Below, one piece after another: positions 25,214 to 40,219 of a stretch of 64,000 bases of DNA. This DNA comes from Raillietiella orientalis (lineage: Eukaryota): assembly GCA_036172245.1 (NCBI GenBank), contig JAYWIR010000005.1:5766001-5830000 (forward strand), read 5' to 3'. Below the pieces are notes generated by a model. The model was not told the DNA's origin. It searched no databases and saw only the letters and a program-made list of their open reading frames with translations. The translations under genes and the position numbers were made by a program. How positions within the stretch are numbered: position 1 is the first letter of the stretch; every line of letters begins with the position of its first letter.

Positions 25214-28200
25214 ATAAATTCCAACCCTCCAGCATGCGAGTGACCTTGTTCCATTACTCTTTCGAACTCGTCGACACCACCCACGTGATCCACCCTAGCC
25301 TGCACGTAGAAAAATGGGTCCGACCCAAAACCGAAGCAAAATTTGACCGATCCACCTCCACTGCAGTCATCAGTGGTAACCCCCCCTGCGCGACCTGGGC
25401 CATCCATCGATGGGAGGATTCTTACGCATTGATTAACCACTGGAATTTCTTTCAGCTTGCTTGGGGCAACGAAAGAAACGCGGGCAGCAGACCCCGTCGC
25501 AAACAGGTCCCGGAATTCTCGTTCGAATACCTGGAGCTCCCATTTCGTCGTGAGAAAAACACGTCCTCCCGTCCCTTCAAATGCCCCCATTCAGGGAAGG
25601 AACGAGGAAAAACAAAAAGAAAGGAAAAGAGAGGGGGCGGGAGAGATCTGTGCAGCTCGAGATCAGCCAAGACGGAATCACGGCATCGCGAGCCACTTGA
25701 CGTCACGCGCGCGCCTCTGGAATGCAGGCAGCCTCCACGCTTTCCTGCGCGGGGGCTTCCGTCGTGCTTCTTAAGGAGCAGCCAGCACCTCCTTTGGCTG
25801 GGAGGGACGTGCACGGTGGGCGCGTTCCCGTTTCCGTGAGGAAGGAGGGAGGGCGGAGGCGAGGGGGGGTTGCCTGCGCCCCATCCGACGCTGCTCGGCT
25901 CTCCAAGGGAAGGCAGCGGCAGGGGTTGCGGAAAAAAAGTCACCGGAGGTAGGACGGGAGGCGAGGAGGAGGGAGAAGAAACGGGGGAAGGAGGAGCGGA
26001 AACAAAAGCCGGGAGGCAGGGGAACAAAGTGCTGGCCTTTATTGCCTGGGCCGGAAGATTAGCGGCGGCGGACCGGAGCTGCTAAATGGCTGGCGCATTG
26101 TTGCTCCCGTGGGCCACGACAGACTGTCAGGTGGGCGAAAAGGAAAAGTCGCCTTTTGTGCACCTCGTCAGGCTTGGCACCTGAGGTCCTCCCCTGCCCC
26201 TCCGGTCCGAAAGTCGGAACGCCGCCCTCTCCCTACAATGCTATCGGAAGTCGGGGGAAGAAGGAGGAGGAGAAGAGCTGACTTGGGCTTTCTCCCCGAG
26301 CAGACGGACCTCTTGTTCCGAGGGAACGGGGACAAAAGGGAGGAGAGACACGTCGTCGACTCGGGTGGGGGGTGGGGAAGAGTTCGACTTCATCCTAGCG
26401 GGGAGAGAGAGAGAGAGAGACGCCTGCATGCCCGGGATCATGTGGACCGGCTGACTTTCAGGACGGAAGCGTCCGAGAGATGTCCGAGAGTTGCGCGGGT
26501 CGCCTCCTCCCTTTCCCAGAAGCGTCTGTGTACGCTCGCGCGCCGCCGCCGTCCCGAGAGGGAAGAGAAGCTGCCGGCCGAGCCCGCGTTACCAACAAAA
26601 GGTTTCCCTTTCCCTCTCGTCGCCCCCCCCGCCCTCCCAAGCAGCAAGCAGCAGCAGCAACAGGCGAGAGGGCCCTCTGTCCGAGTGGGTCCGACAGAAG
26701 CGCGCTCGCGAGCGCCGGCCACCGCCTCGCCCCGCAGAGGAAGACGGGGAGCGCGCCCTCTCCTTCTTCGCCCCTCTTCCTCCTTGTCGCCACCTCCTTC
26801 GCGCAGCGTCTGTCTGTTCGAGGGAAGAGAGAACGGAAAATCAAAAGGAAGAGAGAGAGGAAGGGAGAGAGGAGGAGGCAGGCAGGGGGGGGAGGGGGGA
26901 AGAGAGGGGAAAAAGAAAAAGGCGGTTTCACCTCACGTCGCTCCTCTCGAGCGCTGCATCAGCGTTCCATCCGCAGGAAAACACTCATCTCAAACAACCG
27001 AGAAATTTTATTTGATCGAAACTAATAGCGCTGTCAGAGATGAAAAGGGCTCCAAAATTACTTCATCATCCGTGGCGTCGAACTGCCTTTCGTGGCTGCG
27101 GGCGGAAAATTACCAGCCGAGGTGCACGGATCGCGCAGAGTTGCCGAGGGAAAAACCTGCGAGGCAGGGGAGGAAGGCGCGCGCGCTTTGTCCGGCGCGC
27201 ACCATAAAAATCGCGACGCTAGCGCGCGCTCGGACGTGTCGTCGGGATTGCGTGAGGGGAGGGAGGGAGCGGGATCGCGCGCTTCCTGGGACCCACAGTT
27301 TCGCGGTGGCGCCGGGAGCCCTCGCAGCGGGTTACCCGCGCGCGAGAGACCGAGCACACCCGGAGAGCCCTCGGCGGAGGGAGAGGTCTTCCGCGCCGGA
27401 ACGGAGGAAGGAGGAACGGAGGCGCAGCGGACGGTCCGTCCTCCTTGCCCGTCGCCGCGGTCGAGGAGGGTCGGCCGTCGAATCGCCGGGAACGACGAGA
27501 TCGACCCCGCGAGGAGAGGGAGGAGAATGCGGCACGATGGGAGCTCCCCGAGAAGCCGGCTACCTACCTGCAGCCTCCTCTCGAAGGCAGAGGAATGCCC
27601 TTTCCCACCCGAGCTCCCTCGAAGCTCTTCCCCCTGAAGTCCCTCCTCTCCCCGAAGTCCTCTTCTTCACCTGCGTCCCTGCTTCCTCTGTTCCTCGGCT
27701 CGCACCCTTGTTCCTCCGCGATTCCGTTTGTTTACCGATCTCAGCGAGTGGCTGCTCCAGTGCTCCAGTCTCCAGGACCAAACTCCGTTCAATTTAATCC
27801 TGAGTGATTGCTGGCTACGTGAACTTAACGACGCTGGGTTCTGGCGCTGCTCTTACCGGAGGAGAGCGTGTTATTTATCATCTTCACGTAATGAGGAAAG
27901 GCCAACTAATAAATCCGTCTTCCCGGTGGCGTACGTCTCTCACACGTTGCTTCTTCGCTCATTTTATCAGGGGAGGAATCTGTCATTTCGTAGTAGATCA
28001 TTATAAGGATTCTCAGCCATTAGGTCATCCGCAATAAATAATTAAATTGTTGCTTTTACGTGACGTTTTTTTGTTTTCATAAATAATTGAAAAACGTTTT
28101 CCAGGTCCGAAGATCGAGAAGAAGAGGAGAAGCTGCGCTTTTTTCTTTTTTTTTTTCTTTCGTGTTTTTTGCATCCGTGGAGGGAGAGGAGAGAAAACTT

Positions 28201-31200
28201 CGAGGTGATTCGTACACGGTCGAGTAGGCATCGCACGAGCAGCCCGGAACGTACGGGGAGGGGAGGGAGGGGTTCTTCCTGCAGGAGAAGGAAGAGAGCA
28301 CTCTCTTGAAAAAGTCCCTTCGGAAGTTGCATACGTGAGGCAGTCCAAGGGGCATCCGACCCGGATGCCGAGCCCGCCGCCAGCGAAGAGGGGCAGAAGA
28401 AATGGTGCGGTCGACGCTGCTTCCGCAGTGTTCCTCGAAGGCGCCGAACTGCCGGCTGGGAAAGAGGAAGGGATCGTCGGCCACTTCGTATGTGCCCCTC
28501 CCTCCTCCCTTCCTTCTTCCTTCACCATCATCATCATCCCCTCAGGAAAGCGGTCTCCGCTTTTGGGCCGTCAAACTCCAGCTTGTAGGTCCTTCTTTTG
28601 GGTGGGCACAGGACTTCGCGCAGTGCTACCAGCATCAGTCAAGGGGAGAGAGAGGGAGGCAGCCTCGGTCGGACACCCCACCAACGAGAATCCTCTTAAG
28701 CTCTCATCCCGTAACTTTTCACTCCAAAGGAAAGGTCCTGCAGATGAGCGGTGCTCCTCCATCCCCGCAGCTTCTTGCGTGTGCTGCGTCTGCTGAGTGC
28801 ACGATAGATGCTCTCAGGGAGGCATCGAACCACGGGAGCCCGCACAATACGCGTTTCATCACACCGCATGCGCGCGTTCCGTTGGCTCCAGCCCGCATCC
28901 TCACGACCACGGCGTACCTCTCAATCCTCTCCTGCAACCGCACCTTGTTGCCGTCGTGCTGACCCCTCGCAGTGGAACCCGTACTGCATATCCGGAGAGC
29001 TTTAAAAAAAAAAAAAAAAAAGACCTCTGGCAATGCTCTGCAGTACCCGAACAGCAGCGACAACAGCCTCGACTCCTCCCTTTCTCCCGGACACCTCTCG
29101 GCGTTTCCTGCCTCAGCAGCGGAGGGCTCCAGGAAAGTGAAGGCGCCGGCCGGCGTTCGGTAGCTCCTCTGAGGCAACTCGCGAGCTACGAAAGAAACAA
29201 GAAACGGAGAGCAGATCTCGGGAACACCCAGAGTCCCGATGCTGGAAACAAGGTCTGGGTATTCCTCTCTTGAGATCACTGAGGTTCTGCTTGTTTACCC
29301 GGCAGGTGTTGTTCGACTGAGTTTTCCGGATGCAGACTGCGAGCAGACTTTTGCGTGCGGGCACAACGACCCTCTGCGTTGCGCGGAAGCCGCTGCCTTT
29401 CATACGCGCGAGCGTGCAAGCAGGGATCCAGCCTGATGGGTCATCCGCTTTACCTCTTTCCCCACGCTCGACTTTTCCGGGAATGCCGAGCCAGGTGGCG
29501 GAGAGTTCCGTGCAAGAGCAGCAGTTGCCGAGAAGGCTGCCTCCTTCCGCGCTCTCAGTCCTCCGCCCTCGCGGTTCCAGGACGTCGTGCATCCAAGAGC
29601 GAACGCCGGCGACGCTCTGTGATGCTGATGACGCATTCACGCTGAGAAATGTCCGAGGACGAGCGCCGCCACCTCTCTCACCGTTAGTGTGGAACTTTGG
29701 TTGCGGATGCACCAAAGGTCGCAGCTGAGGTCGCGCCTCCTTCTCTTCCGGCTCACCGCGACCTCTCTGCCTGTGAAACCGAACGAGTAAGCCAACAGTC
29801 CTCTGCCAAATACGTGTTCCCATTGAGAGAAGGAGGAATCTTCCGATTAGGAGGCGCCTGTCTGGAAATTTCACCTGCCGAAGAGGACCAAACCACCGCC
29901 AAAAGGGACAGTGTCTGGCGCTGTTGTCTCGCTGACTGCCATCACGGAGTGAATAACTGCCCGGCGCTAGAGCGTGACGTGAGCAACGTTACGTGGTCTC
30001 CGATCACACAGTACGAGCGAGGATGAGCGCGAAAAGATCCTCAGCGCCAGTGTCCGAGGGTGTTTTAGTCTCCCGGAAGGACGTGGAAGACTTAGACGGA
30101 CGAGCGCTTTCCCTGCGGAGAGGGGTAGGAGATTCAGGCTATTCAAGTTCTCTGCTGCAGCTTCTCGGTCCTTCTTTGCCACCCCTTCCAGGAAGCCCGG
30201 TAGTCATTTTCCTGGTTTCTTCTGGGATCTCCAAAGCATTGGTTTGCCGATCGCGTTTTTTCGGGGAAGGGATCCCCCGCCGCGAAGGCAGGACCTTCGC
30301 CATCATGTCTCCTGCTGGCACGTATTCCTCCGATCCGGTACATTCTCATCCTTCCTTCCACTGTTTCACCTGCTCCACCTCCTTCTGCTCTGCCCAGGAA
30401 CTCTTCCTGGAAAGGGAGGCGCTTTTGCGGTCCGTTGTTCCTTCTCGCACGTGCTTTCGTCGGAGCGCACAGGACCGAGGGTCAAGGACTCTTCCCTTTG
30501 AAAGCTGGAGATCCAGAGGACCCCCATTCTCGAAAGCAGTTATGTTTCCCCTCCGTCTTCGGGAGGGCTCTCCTGAATTATCCCCGATGAATGGTCGGAC
30601 TCATCTTCAGGAGGAGGTAAAGGGAAGGAATGAAACTCCGAATTTCCTCTGGAGCCAGCTTTTATTCGATCTCTTCTCTGGCTGCTGCAGTATTGAAGGA
30701 TCCTTCTGATATGTCCCCGGCTAGGAGAAGCTGCACCCCTTTCTGAGGAGGGCAAGGCATCCAGGAGGGCACGGAAGGAAGCGGAAGTCAAGGTTCTGGC
30801 CATCTCAGCGGCGAGGCAGAGGCAGATACAAGAACCCGGGGCAGCTGCCGCCTTTTTTTTTATTTTCTGAATAATGGAACCCTACTGCACCCTTGAGACG
30901 CGCCCACAACCCTCTTTCTGTCACCCACTCCTGACGTATGAGGAAGATCCGGAAGGCACCTTGCGACTGTGAGGCTGCCCGATGGGAATCCGGGCGCGGA
31001 CGGCTCTGCGCGTCTGACAGTGGCAGTTTCAACCTCTGGTTCTTCCCCTTCACAGCGTCCCTTGTGAGTTTCGAACCCACAGTGAGTGATCGGCCGCCGC
31101 TGCTGGAGCTCGATGTCGGCTGGGCTATCTCCACCCAGGGAGATTGGATTCAGGAGTAGGGGCACATTACCATGTCCGGCCCCGAGTTTGTCACGGAGGC

Positions 31201-34200
31201 GTGCGTCCTCGGATTCTCACACCTCTCAGGAGTCCCGGAACCATACTGGGGAGAGAAGGAGGAAGGGCGAAGAAGGAAAGCGAAGGCATCCATGAAGAAA
31301 AAACGGAAAAAAAAGAGGAAATCTTACAGCGAGATGGTTTTACTGGAGGAGCAGGAGGCCAATCGAGAGCAGGGATACTGGAGAGATGGAGCAAGTACCG
31401 CAGACGGTGGTGAAGAACGACAGGAACCGTTTTAAAGGAGGCTCTCAGACACAGAGAAAGGATGCAGGAGCACAGAAGATCTCGAAAAAGCCAGATCCAG
31501 TGACACTTTCCGGGGTAAAGACTATGGTTAGAAGGAGGAGGTAAGCTTAAAACGGATACTGTGTACATTGGTCCAGAAACCTGCATCCTGCGGAGCAAAA
31601 TCTGCTTTACGGAGGTGCAACAGCTGCACCTCGGTAAAGCAGATTTTGCGCCCTAGGGTACAACAGACTTTTCCTGAAAGCATCCCGAAGGCTCGAGGAA
31701 AGTAGAAGGCAGCTGGAATCCTGGAAGGTGCGGGGGATCGCGACAATTAATCATGGGGAGCGGAGGCGCCGACTGAGCCGACTTCACTGCTGTGGAATCA
31801 AAGCACAGTTCTGCGCACGCTCGCAGAAAGGATACCAGACGGGGGCATTGGCGATCTTCTCTCAGAAAGCCGGGAGGCTAGCAGGAAGTTCAGATGATGC
31901 TGTCAAGAAGACCCCGTCACGTGGCAAGGGATATGGGAGTGGACCATCAGCCCTTCAAAGTTTCCACCCGAAGGACGCGTTTGTTCTGAGACCGAATTCC
32001 AGGCTGAGGCGCAGGCAACTGCAATCACGGAGGAGCAGACCCTCTTGAGTCTCGACGATTCGAGGGGAAAAGGGGGTCAAGGAACCATGCGAGAGTTGGA
32101 GTCATCCTGCCCCTTCTGTTAGACAGAGTGAATACTTCTTCGTGCTGTTGGAAGGCCAAGAGCCGCTGAAGTCCCTAACGGAGCTCTCGGTCTCACTCAA
32201 ACTTTCTTCGGCTCACCGGCTGAAGGCGATCAGATTCTGAAGCAGCCTCTGCGTCTTCTCAAGCAGATTTGCTTTGTGCAGCTGCTGAAGTACTGGGAAG
32301 CAAGAAAACGCTTAGGGAAAAAGGAGGAGCATCAAAAGTCCAACATGGAAGACGAAGAGATGAAGATTTGATGTAAACTGGCCGGAAGAACGGAAATGGA
32401 AAGGAATGTTCTTCGGCACTGTGCTCAAACAGCATGCTTCAACCCTCTGCCCAGGAAAGACCTGACAAACTATCTCGAAGGACACAAAAAACAGGAAGCT
32501 GCGGGTCTTTCAAAAACCATCCAAACCTTCCTGCTTGTATTCCATTATTTATAACGAGTTCTTCAGATTCCAGATACAGCTTCCACCTTAATGGGCGCAG
32601 TCAGGACGCTTGAGGTGCAAAATGATGAATTACCCACAGCTTCCAGAGTCACCTTTATCTATCCAGCTTTGCTTGCTCGTAAAGAAAATCTGGCACACAA
32701 CTGATGTTTAGGCGGTCGAGGTGGTGTTCCACCGTTTCGTGAAGACCTTGTTGGCGGCTTATCTTCGCGGGTCAAACCTGTGGCCTTTTTCTCAGCAGAC
32801 CGCCGGTCAAGATGCCAGGTAGATCCCAAGTGGGTCCTTGTTGCTCCAATAGCAGTTTCTTCTAGCATTACCATCATCGCTGCAGCTGCCATCACCATTG
32901 TCAAGTCTTCACCTTCGATACTGGCAATGCTGAACGTAACTGTTGCTTTCCAGCACTTTACCATAGCAGAAGTCTCTCGGTCATCGCTCTGATCGTTTCA
33001 ATAGCCGCCACCACTAACAGGGTGGCTCTATCCACTTCCCTTCGTGATGTGACGTCATCATTGAGCTGCGCACTCGGAGGTTATTTCTCATTGAAGCATC
33101 AGAAACAGGTGCAACCTGATGGTGACTCGCTTGACACTCGATTCGCTCGAACCGCGCCACCTCAGGTCTACCCGACCACGATAATGATGCAGCAACAGCA
33201 ATCCTAAATCTGACCTTTCTTTGCAGCTTGAGCCGGAAGAATGCCCTCATCCGCCTGCGAGCGGAACGGTGCCTAACAGCATGCATCTTCCGATCCGCTC
33301 TTCGCGCCTGGACCTTCAATCTTCGAGAAGGTCGCACAACTGCCAAATGGCTACGTTTCGAGGAGCTGGCCCCGCGGGTGCACGAAAGCAACAGCCGGTG
33401 TATGCGTTGCGCAGATGCACGGCGGTGTCTTCGGCGCTGCCACATGCCCGGCTCAAGGCGGAACGCTTCCGTTAGTCTTTCACACGCACCGCAAGCTCCA
33501 CGCGAGATCGGTACCTCGCACTCGAGAGCATCTTGATCATCGCTCAGCTTCCAGTCGCCGCATTCAAGACTCAACTGATAAATTCCTCGGCCACGGGACC
33601 GCGGTCACGAACATCTCAGTCCCTGCACTTTTCTTCTGCCTGCCCCGAGCGTTCGGCACCGACCAACCATTCCCGTGGACTGCATGCGCTCGCAGATCTC
33701 TCCTTCTCCCTTCTATGCGGGAGCAAGACGGAGCGCCCTGCTGCAGTTACAGGAGCTCACTTGACAATCCTGTTTTCTCTAGGTTTCAAAAGTCCACTGG
33801 TCTAGAAGGAAAGATGCGCTCTCTCACACTTTGCCTCCTTGGAAGATCGTGATCCCCAGTGCAAAGAAAGCAAAGACACTCGGGATGTTGCGATGGACGC
33901 ATGTCTTCAGTGCCAGGGAAAACCTTGCCTTATGCTATGGTGACGCAAACGATCGCGCATGAATTTGAAAAAATTTTCGTTTTTTGTTCTTGTTGCTGTT
34001 GTTGTTTCGGGACCAACGGATTCGGGAGGATTCTGTCGGCAGCGAGAGACCTCGCGCTTTTCGACTCCCAGGAGGAAGGAAACAGACCGCCGGGGTTTCT
34101 ATAAATAGAAAGTTGCAGAAGATAGGCTCGCGGTTCCAAAAAAGTGGATCTTTTCTTACCTCACGTTCCTTTCAATAGCTTTGGTCTACCAGCAGCTCGG

Positions 34201-37200
34201 AGGATCTGCAGAAGCTGATCGGGACCCGTCGACGTCTTCCGGGAACCGTGTCTGCTACCTTCGGGGCAACCTCAGACGACTGTCCGAGGACGCCATTCCC
34301 CAGAGGCGGTCGTTGGACGCAGGAACGGAGAGCAGCTCCCGGAATTGGCGCTCATCCCTTCCTGCGACGAAGGGATGGGGGGAGAGTAGACCGGGAATAG
34401 TTCCTCCAGAAGGAAAAAAGAGCTCAGCAGGAGACGACGGAGCTACTCCGGGGAAGTTCGCCGGTAGTAGAGCTGGGAGGGATAGCAGAGGGGTCGGGTG
34501 GGGGGGGAAGGCGTTCAGGGAAACGACGAGGCACAGCTCTCTTCGTGGCCCTCGACGGGAAGACGCGAGTCGTCGGGCGTCGGAGGCGGCGGTGACGACG
34601 GCACCCGCAAGTAGTCAGCAGCTCGCAAGGGGCCGGGTCCTTCCTTCGGCTGCTGCGCGCGCACATGCCGACCGCCGCTGCGCAGAACGGTCCGTCCCCG
34701 GCGACGGAGGGGGGATGAGCGCGCGCGCGCTCTCATCCAGGTTGCGAGCGAGCGAGCCGCAATGGCAGACCCGGCGCGCTTTCCCTCCGCCTTCTCCGTC
34801 GTCGCCGACAGGCTGGAGCGTCCGCTCGGCCGCCGTTGCGGTCTCTGAGGGGTGAAGGAGAGGATAGAGGATAGAAGGGGAGGGCAGGTAAAGGGCAGAA
34901 ACGCCTCCTCCTGCTCTCGCCTTCCCCCTCCAGGCGGAGCCGGGCTGGTGGCCCCTTTGTGCGCCTCTGGCAAGGAGCGTTGCCGCTACTGCATCCTCTG
35001 GAAGGTCTGAGCACCGCGCGCCTGCACTGTGCTCAGCGCAGGCCCCGAGGATGCGGAGGGAAGAGAAAGAGGGAGCAGATAGGAGTCGGATTCCCGGTTC
35101 CCCGGCGGCGAACTTTCGGGCTATGGGCGTCTGCCGTCGCTAGTACAGCAGCCCGGAAGCGCCGAAATGCCGGGAGAGGCTCGTGGTCACGTGGTCTCGG
35201 CGTGCATTTGCTCTTACGGCCGCGATCGGGGGAGGGCAGCGCGGGGAAAGGTGAGGACTTTGTTTGCCTCTGCACAGAGCTCTTGCTCGCTGTCTCCTCC
35301 CGTCTTCTTTCTTCCTCTGCTGATCGCCGTTACCCCCAGTTCCTTTCCCCTCCTCCCCTCCCCTCATCCCCATGCCAGGTGGACTCCAGAACGACGGCGA
35401 GGCGCGAAAAAGAGACGTCCCGGCGGGGAGTGAACGAAAACGCCGTTCCGAACCACCGCCTCCCCTGATGGGCGCCCTGCACGCGCGCCCTCCTTTTTCT
35501 GGACGGCTCTCCCTTCGAAAGGCGTCCTCCGTCCCACGGCCGCTTCCTGCAAAGATGGGGAGAGGGGGGAGGGGGAAAAGTAGGAAGGAGGGAAGAGTTG
35601 GGCGAGATGAGGGAAGGAGGCACCTGCTCGCTCATCAACCCCTTCGGCGGCGGCAGAAGACGCGGCTCGTTAGCGGCTGTTTGGCCCCAGCCGAGGTGTC
35701 CGCCGGGCCGCGTCCTCGCTCCTCCTCACCTCGTTTTTCTTTCCCTGGGGCCTCCAAGTCTGCCCCGAGGCGCGCCGCTGCCGCAGGGGAACTTTGTCGG
35801 TCCCTTTCCTCTCCGCCCCTCCTTCCCTGTCTGTCCGCCCGCCGACTTCCTCCCCCTCCTCCTCCCACCTTCCTCACGAACCCCGCAGAGCATGAAGACG
35901 TCGGGCGAGAAATGTGGGAGGAAGGAAGGAGGGACGTCATCTGTCCGAGGGCGCGCCCCGTCCTCCCCTTCAATCCGTCCGAGAAGAGAATGAGGGGGGT
36001 CATCGCTGGCGGATGGGTCAGAGAAGGTGCGCGCATTCCCTTCGACCTTCCCCCATCTGCCGTTCTTCTGGGGAAGAGCCGAGAGCCGGAGCGGAGGGGG
36101 AGTCTCCCCGACCGGGCTCTGTGCCTGCCCCCGTCCACTCCCACATGCCTCCAGGCGGGAGCAGAGCTTCGCCTCGCAAAACAAGGTCGGATAGGCGGCT
36201 CGCTGACGCTTTCAAGGGAGGGGAAGAGAGGAGGAGGAGGAACGCGAGAAATGTTTGCTTTCCTCGTGCACGCGCGCGTGCGCGCGAGTGTCTTTTTGTT
36301 GCGGTAGCGGAAGTGCGAGAAGAGGAGGAGGAGATGAAGAAGGCGGGAGAGTTAACGAGGTGAAGGACCGGGAGGAAGGAAGAGGGCGAATCAGGGAGGA
36401 AATTCAGAATAAAGTAGGAGGAGAAGGAGGACGTGAAGCTTGGAGAGTGCGTCGCCGCTCCCGCAGCTGCTTATCGTTTTGGCGCCTGGAAGAGCGAAAG
36501 GCAGCGACTGCAGCAGATGACTCGGATTCTCTAGTCTGCGGAAGGCTGAAGAGAGGAGAGAGAAACAGGAGCTCGTCGCCAGGGAAACGGTTTCCTTCCA
36601 TGCCCCGCCGTGGCTTTCTTTTCTCTTCCTCTTCCTGCAACTCTGCCTCCCTTTCTTACTGGGAGTCCTCCTCTCCATCTCCTACATTTGGGCAGTCAAA
36701 GGCAGGCTGATAGAGACGAAAGGAGGAAGCGATCAATAGAAAAAGATGTATGGATGACCAAGGCTACTTACTTCGCTCCTTCTCCTCCTCCAGGAGCTCT
36801 CCTGATCGTCTTCTCCAGACCACGCGCAATGAAATGTGCGCCCTCCACGCTGTCGTCGTTGGTTCCTTGGACGGTTTCAGGGCGACCATCTCACAGGTGG
36901 CAGAGCATTCCTATTGGACCCTTTGCTGCTTCACTTCGTGCCTTCACCCCACTGACCTGTCGCCCGAAGTTTACCCTTCGGGAAGGGGCCCGCGTTGCCA
37001 GGGCGGACCTCTCTGGAGGGCTCCCGAGAAATCACGAGATGCACGTTCCTCCCCTTTCCTTTCCTCTCTAGGACAGGCAACAGACGCTGATGTTCTGGGA
37101 TGCGTCTTCTGCAAGATAGTGGGCTCTACGATTGCCCTCAACAAGACCCTGTGACATGCACTTTGTCCTTGACGCCTCTGCGCACCTTCGGGCCCACCCT

Positions 37201-40184
37201 CTCGATGTTGCGCAGTCGAGACGGGGTAGATCACTTTTCGCCGATTCGGTAGCCACGACTCGCAGAAGGAAGGTTCTCCAGGGTCATGGCTTTTTTCTAA
37301 CGAGAGCAGCAAGAAGCGGCTAAGGACTTCCTGCATGTCTCCGCCAGCATCGTGCGAATCTGAGGGAGCCATCCCTCCTTTTCATTCGTTTCCGAATTGC
37401 CTGCAGGGTCTCCCTTCAAAGAGGTGAGCAGTTCCCTCATGCCAAATGTTGCCTGAGGCTTGGGCGGTTGCTGGGAGTTGGGCATATTTGGCTTCATTGG
37501 TCTCCGCTTACTGGGAAGAACAGAGTCTGCACCAAGAATTCAACGTAGATCCCTTTCCTCGTTCTCTTTCTTCCAGGATAGCCTTTTCGTTGTTCGTCTG
37601 CGGACCTTCCTGGAGCATGGGATGTTTCACTCCAGAGGCTGCTAACATCAGTCCTGCATCTACCGGCACTGTTACTGCCGGGTATTAAAGATGCGCTCGC
37701 GTGAAGGAAGATGCTGAACTGCACTTCAAGGAAAACGCATTCAACCAGGGAGAACTCCAGCTGCCTCAGGAGATATCGTGCCGCTCGGGAATGCCAGCAG
37801 TGATCGCTCTCCAGATCTGAATATTCCTTTTGCTGCAGGAGATGTGCTGCCTGGGCCAGAAGAGCGCTCTCTTCTGGTCCGGGATCCATCATCACTCCAG
37901 AAACCATCTGTTCCGCAGGCTGCTGGCACGATGGATATCGGAGAGTTCCCAGCTCCGAAGAGATGGGGAAGGAGCTTGGGGTTATGGGGATTCGCCCGCG
38001 GCATTCGGGGGCAGCAGTCGCTTTTAAGAAGCGATCTACAGGTATCAGCTGATAGCAGCGGCAGAATCTCTCCCGCCCGGACTTCGCTCCCGGGAGGGTT
38101 CGAGTCAGAGGTCACTGACCTCGGGAAGCTACAGCAGACCCGGTTCCTGACGAAAGCCACTGCGTGCTAATCGACCGCTGTTCGCTTCAAAACGTCACCG
38201 CCGCCGGTTCCCATGGCACTCGTCTGGCAGCTGGAAAGAGTTTGGAAGAGTGGGGAAGGCTCCTCAAGAGCAGTGGAGCAGCGAGATAACCACTACCTAG
38301 CGCCGGACGCGGCCAAGTCCCCTTTTCCTTATTCCTATTCGCCACGCAGCTTCAGGAACGAGAGATGCAGCGTTACCCACGGGAACGGAGCTTCTACCGG
38401 AAGGGAGAACTGCGCCTCCAGGAAGCGGCAGGGAAATGAAGAGCAAACTTATCAGCGTCCCTGATCACTGATTCCAGGCAACAACCTTCTTTTGAAGAAG
38501 GATTTCGCGGTTTCCAATTCTGCATGTTGGAGGCAAGAGCTAGCAGACCGGCAGGGAGCAAGGACTCGGGAATCCCGTGGCTGCAACTCCATCCGAGAAA
38601 GTCTCCAGGAGTTGTTTCTCCACAGGAAAATCTTCCAAGGGTTCTGTAACCCCTCCGGTGCATTTCCGCCAAGGGCTTGAGGAACGCGAGAGGCGCGCGT
38701 GGTTGCAGCGTGCCGCCTAAGAAGCACTGCTGTTGAGATCGATGGAGGCGGTGGAGATACCGCCTCAGGGAAGGCACACCGACTGGGCGCGGAAGAGGTG
38801 GACGGTTCCCAGGGGAATGACTTCGTGCCGCGGTTTGGCGGCCGAGCCGCAAGTCGGGCGCGGTCGATGGCGGCACACGTTTACTTCCGCAGCGGCACGC
38901 AGGGCGAACATTCCGGAAGAGATGACAGCGGCTTCTCTAGAGATGCCAAGCTGGTGCGCACTCTTTCGGTAGCTCCAAGAGATCTCTTGCCCGTCTAAAG
39001 GGCTCGGTTAAGAACTTTGGAGGAGAAGGCGAGCAGCAGTAAGTCGGATGGGCCTTCGCGGAGAGAAAGTCCATCAGGGACCCATCTCTCTCGGAGAGAC
39101 GCTCTCTCCGAGAGAGAGGAACGCTGAAAGGACGTTGGATTGCCCAGGCTCATCGAGACGTCAGTCGTACCGACAGACGTCGACAGATGAGAGAGAGAGT
39201 GTGCATGGTTACTCCTATCCCCTCCTCCTCCCGTGGTCCGTGCCAGCACACATGCGTCATACGCGTGCCTATTCGAAACGTGGAGCAAAAAAACACACGC
39301 ACACAAAAGGGAAGCTTCTAGGGAGCTGTAAAAGTCTGTGAAGGGACGTAGGGGCCTCGCGCCGTGCGAATCGTCGTGCTCGCGCAGTCGCATTTCGCGA
39401 ACCGGGGAGACGAAATCGCGCCCCTGCGACTCGCCGACGCGCCCATCCGCCCACTCGGTATCAGAAGCCACAGGAGCGCTCCTCGCTTTCCGTACCTTTC
39501 GTATGAAGAGAGGCTGCCGAAAAGGAAGGGAAAGGAAAGCGGGGGGATTTCGCGCAGATGGACTTTTCCTCCTCCTCAGCTTCTCTTCCCTGCCTGTTGG
39601 AAACCGAGATAACTCTCTCCTACATGCTGGGACAGACAGCCTTGCTCGAGCAATTTGGACTTGCCCGGGCTCCTCAGCGACGACGTCCCGCGCGCGCACG
39701 CTCTCCTTTTCTCCGCCCGAACTCTTCGACTTGACCTGCAGCGCAGAAGCGGTCCTTTGAACCGAGATGTTGGCTGCCTGAACCTCCAAAACGCTGCCCG
39801 ATTTTCCGCATGCAAAATTAGCTGCAATTTTTGCTTGTTTTTTTTTTTTTTTCGGATCTATTTCTCCTCCTCCTCTTTCCCCCTCCCCTCCTTCCGAAAG
39901 GTTTATTTATTCGTGCGGATAGCTTTCCGAATGATGCTCGACGAGACTCGCAGAGCGGTGGAGTTCGCTCTGCCGAAAGCAGCGTTACCCTGGAAACCTT
40001 CCAGCGGCGGTGGATGCCTGTGGCCCAGAGATTTCGGTCAGAGAGAGGGGGAAGAGAGCAGTGCGACTGGAGCACGAATCGTTTCTGCTGACGTCAAGCT
40101 TTCGAGAGCAGCCAGCTCCAAAGAGGCGCACGTTTCCTTTACGCGCACGGAAGACGGCGGCGTGGTTGCCCGGAACGGGAACAA

Positions 40185-40219
40185 AACAACAACAACGACG
40201 ACGACGACAACAACAACAA
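40185..40219. repeat. Compound trinucleotide repeat (ACA)n(ACG)n(ACA)n
   Basis: acaacaacaacgacgacgacgacaacaacaac. Confidence 0.85.

Noticed and set aside
26109..27797. 562-aa + strand ORF
   Set aside because: GTG start, R/G/P/S-rich low-complexity translation of GA/CG-rich DNA, and no recognisable domain.
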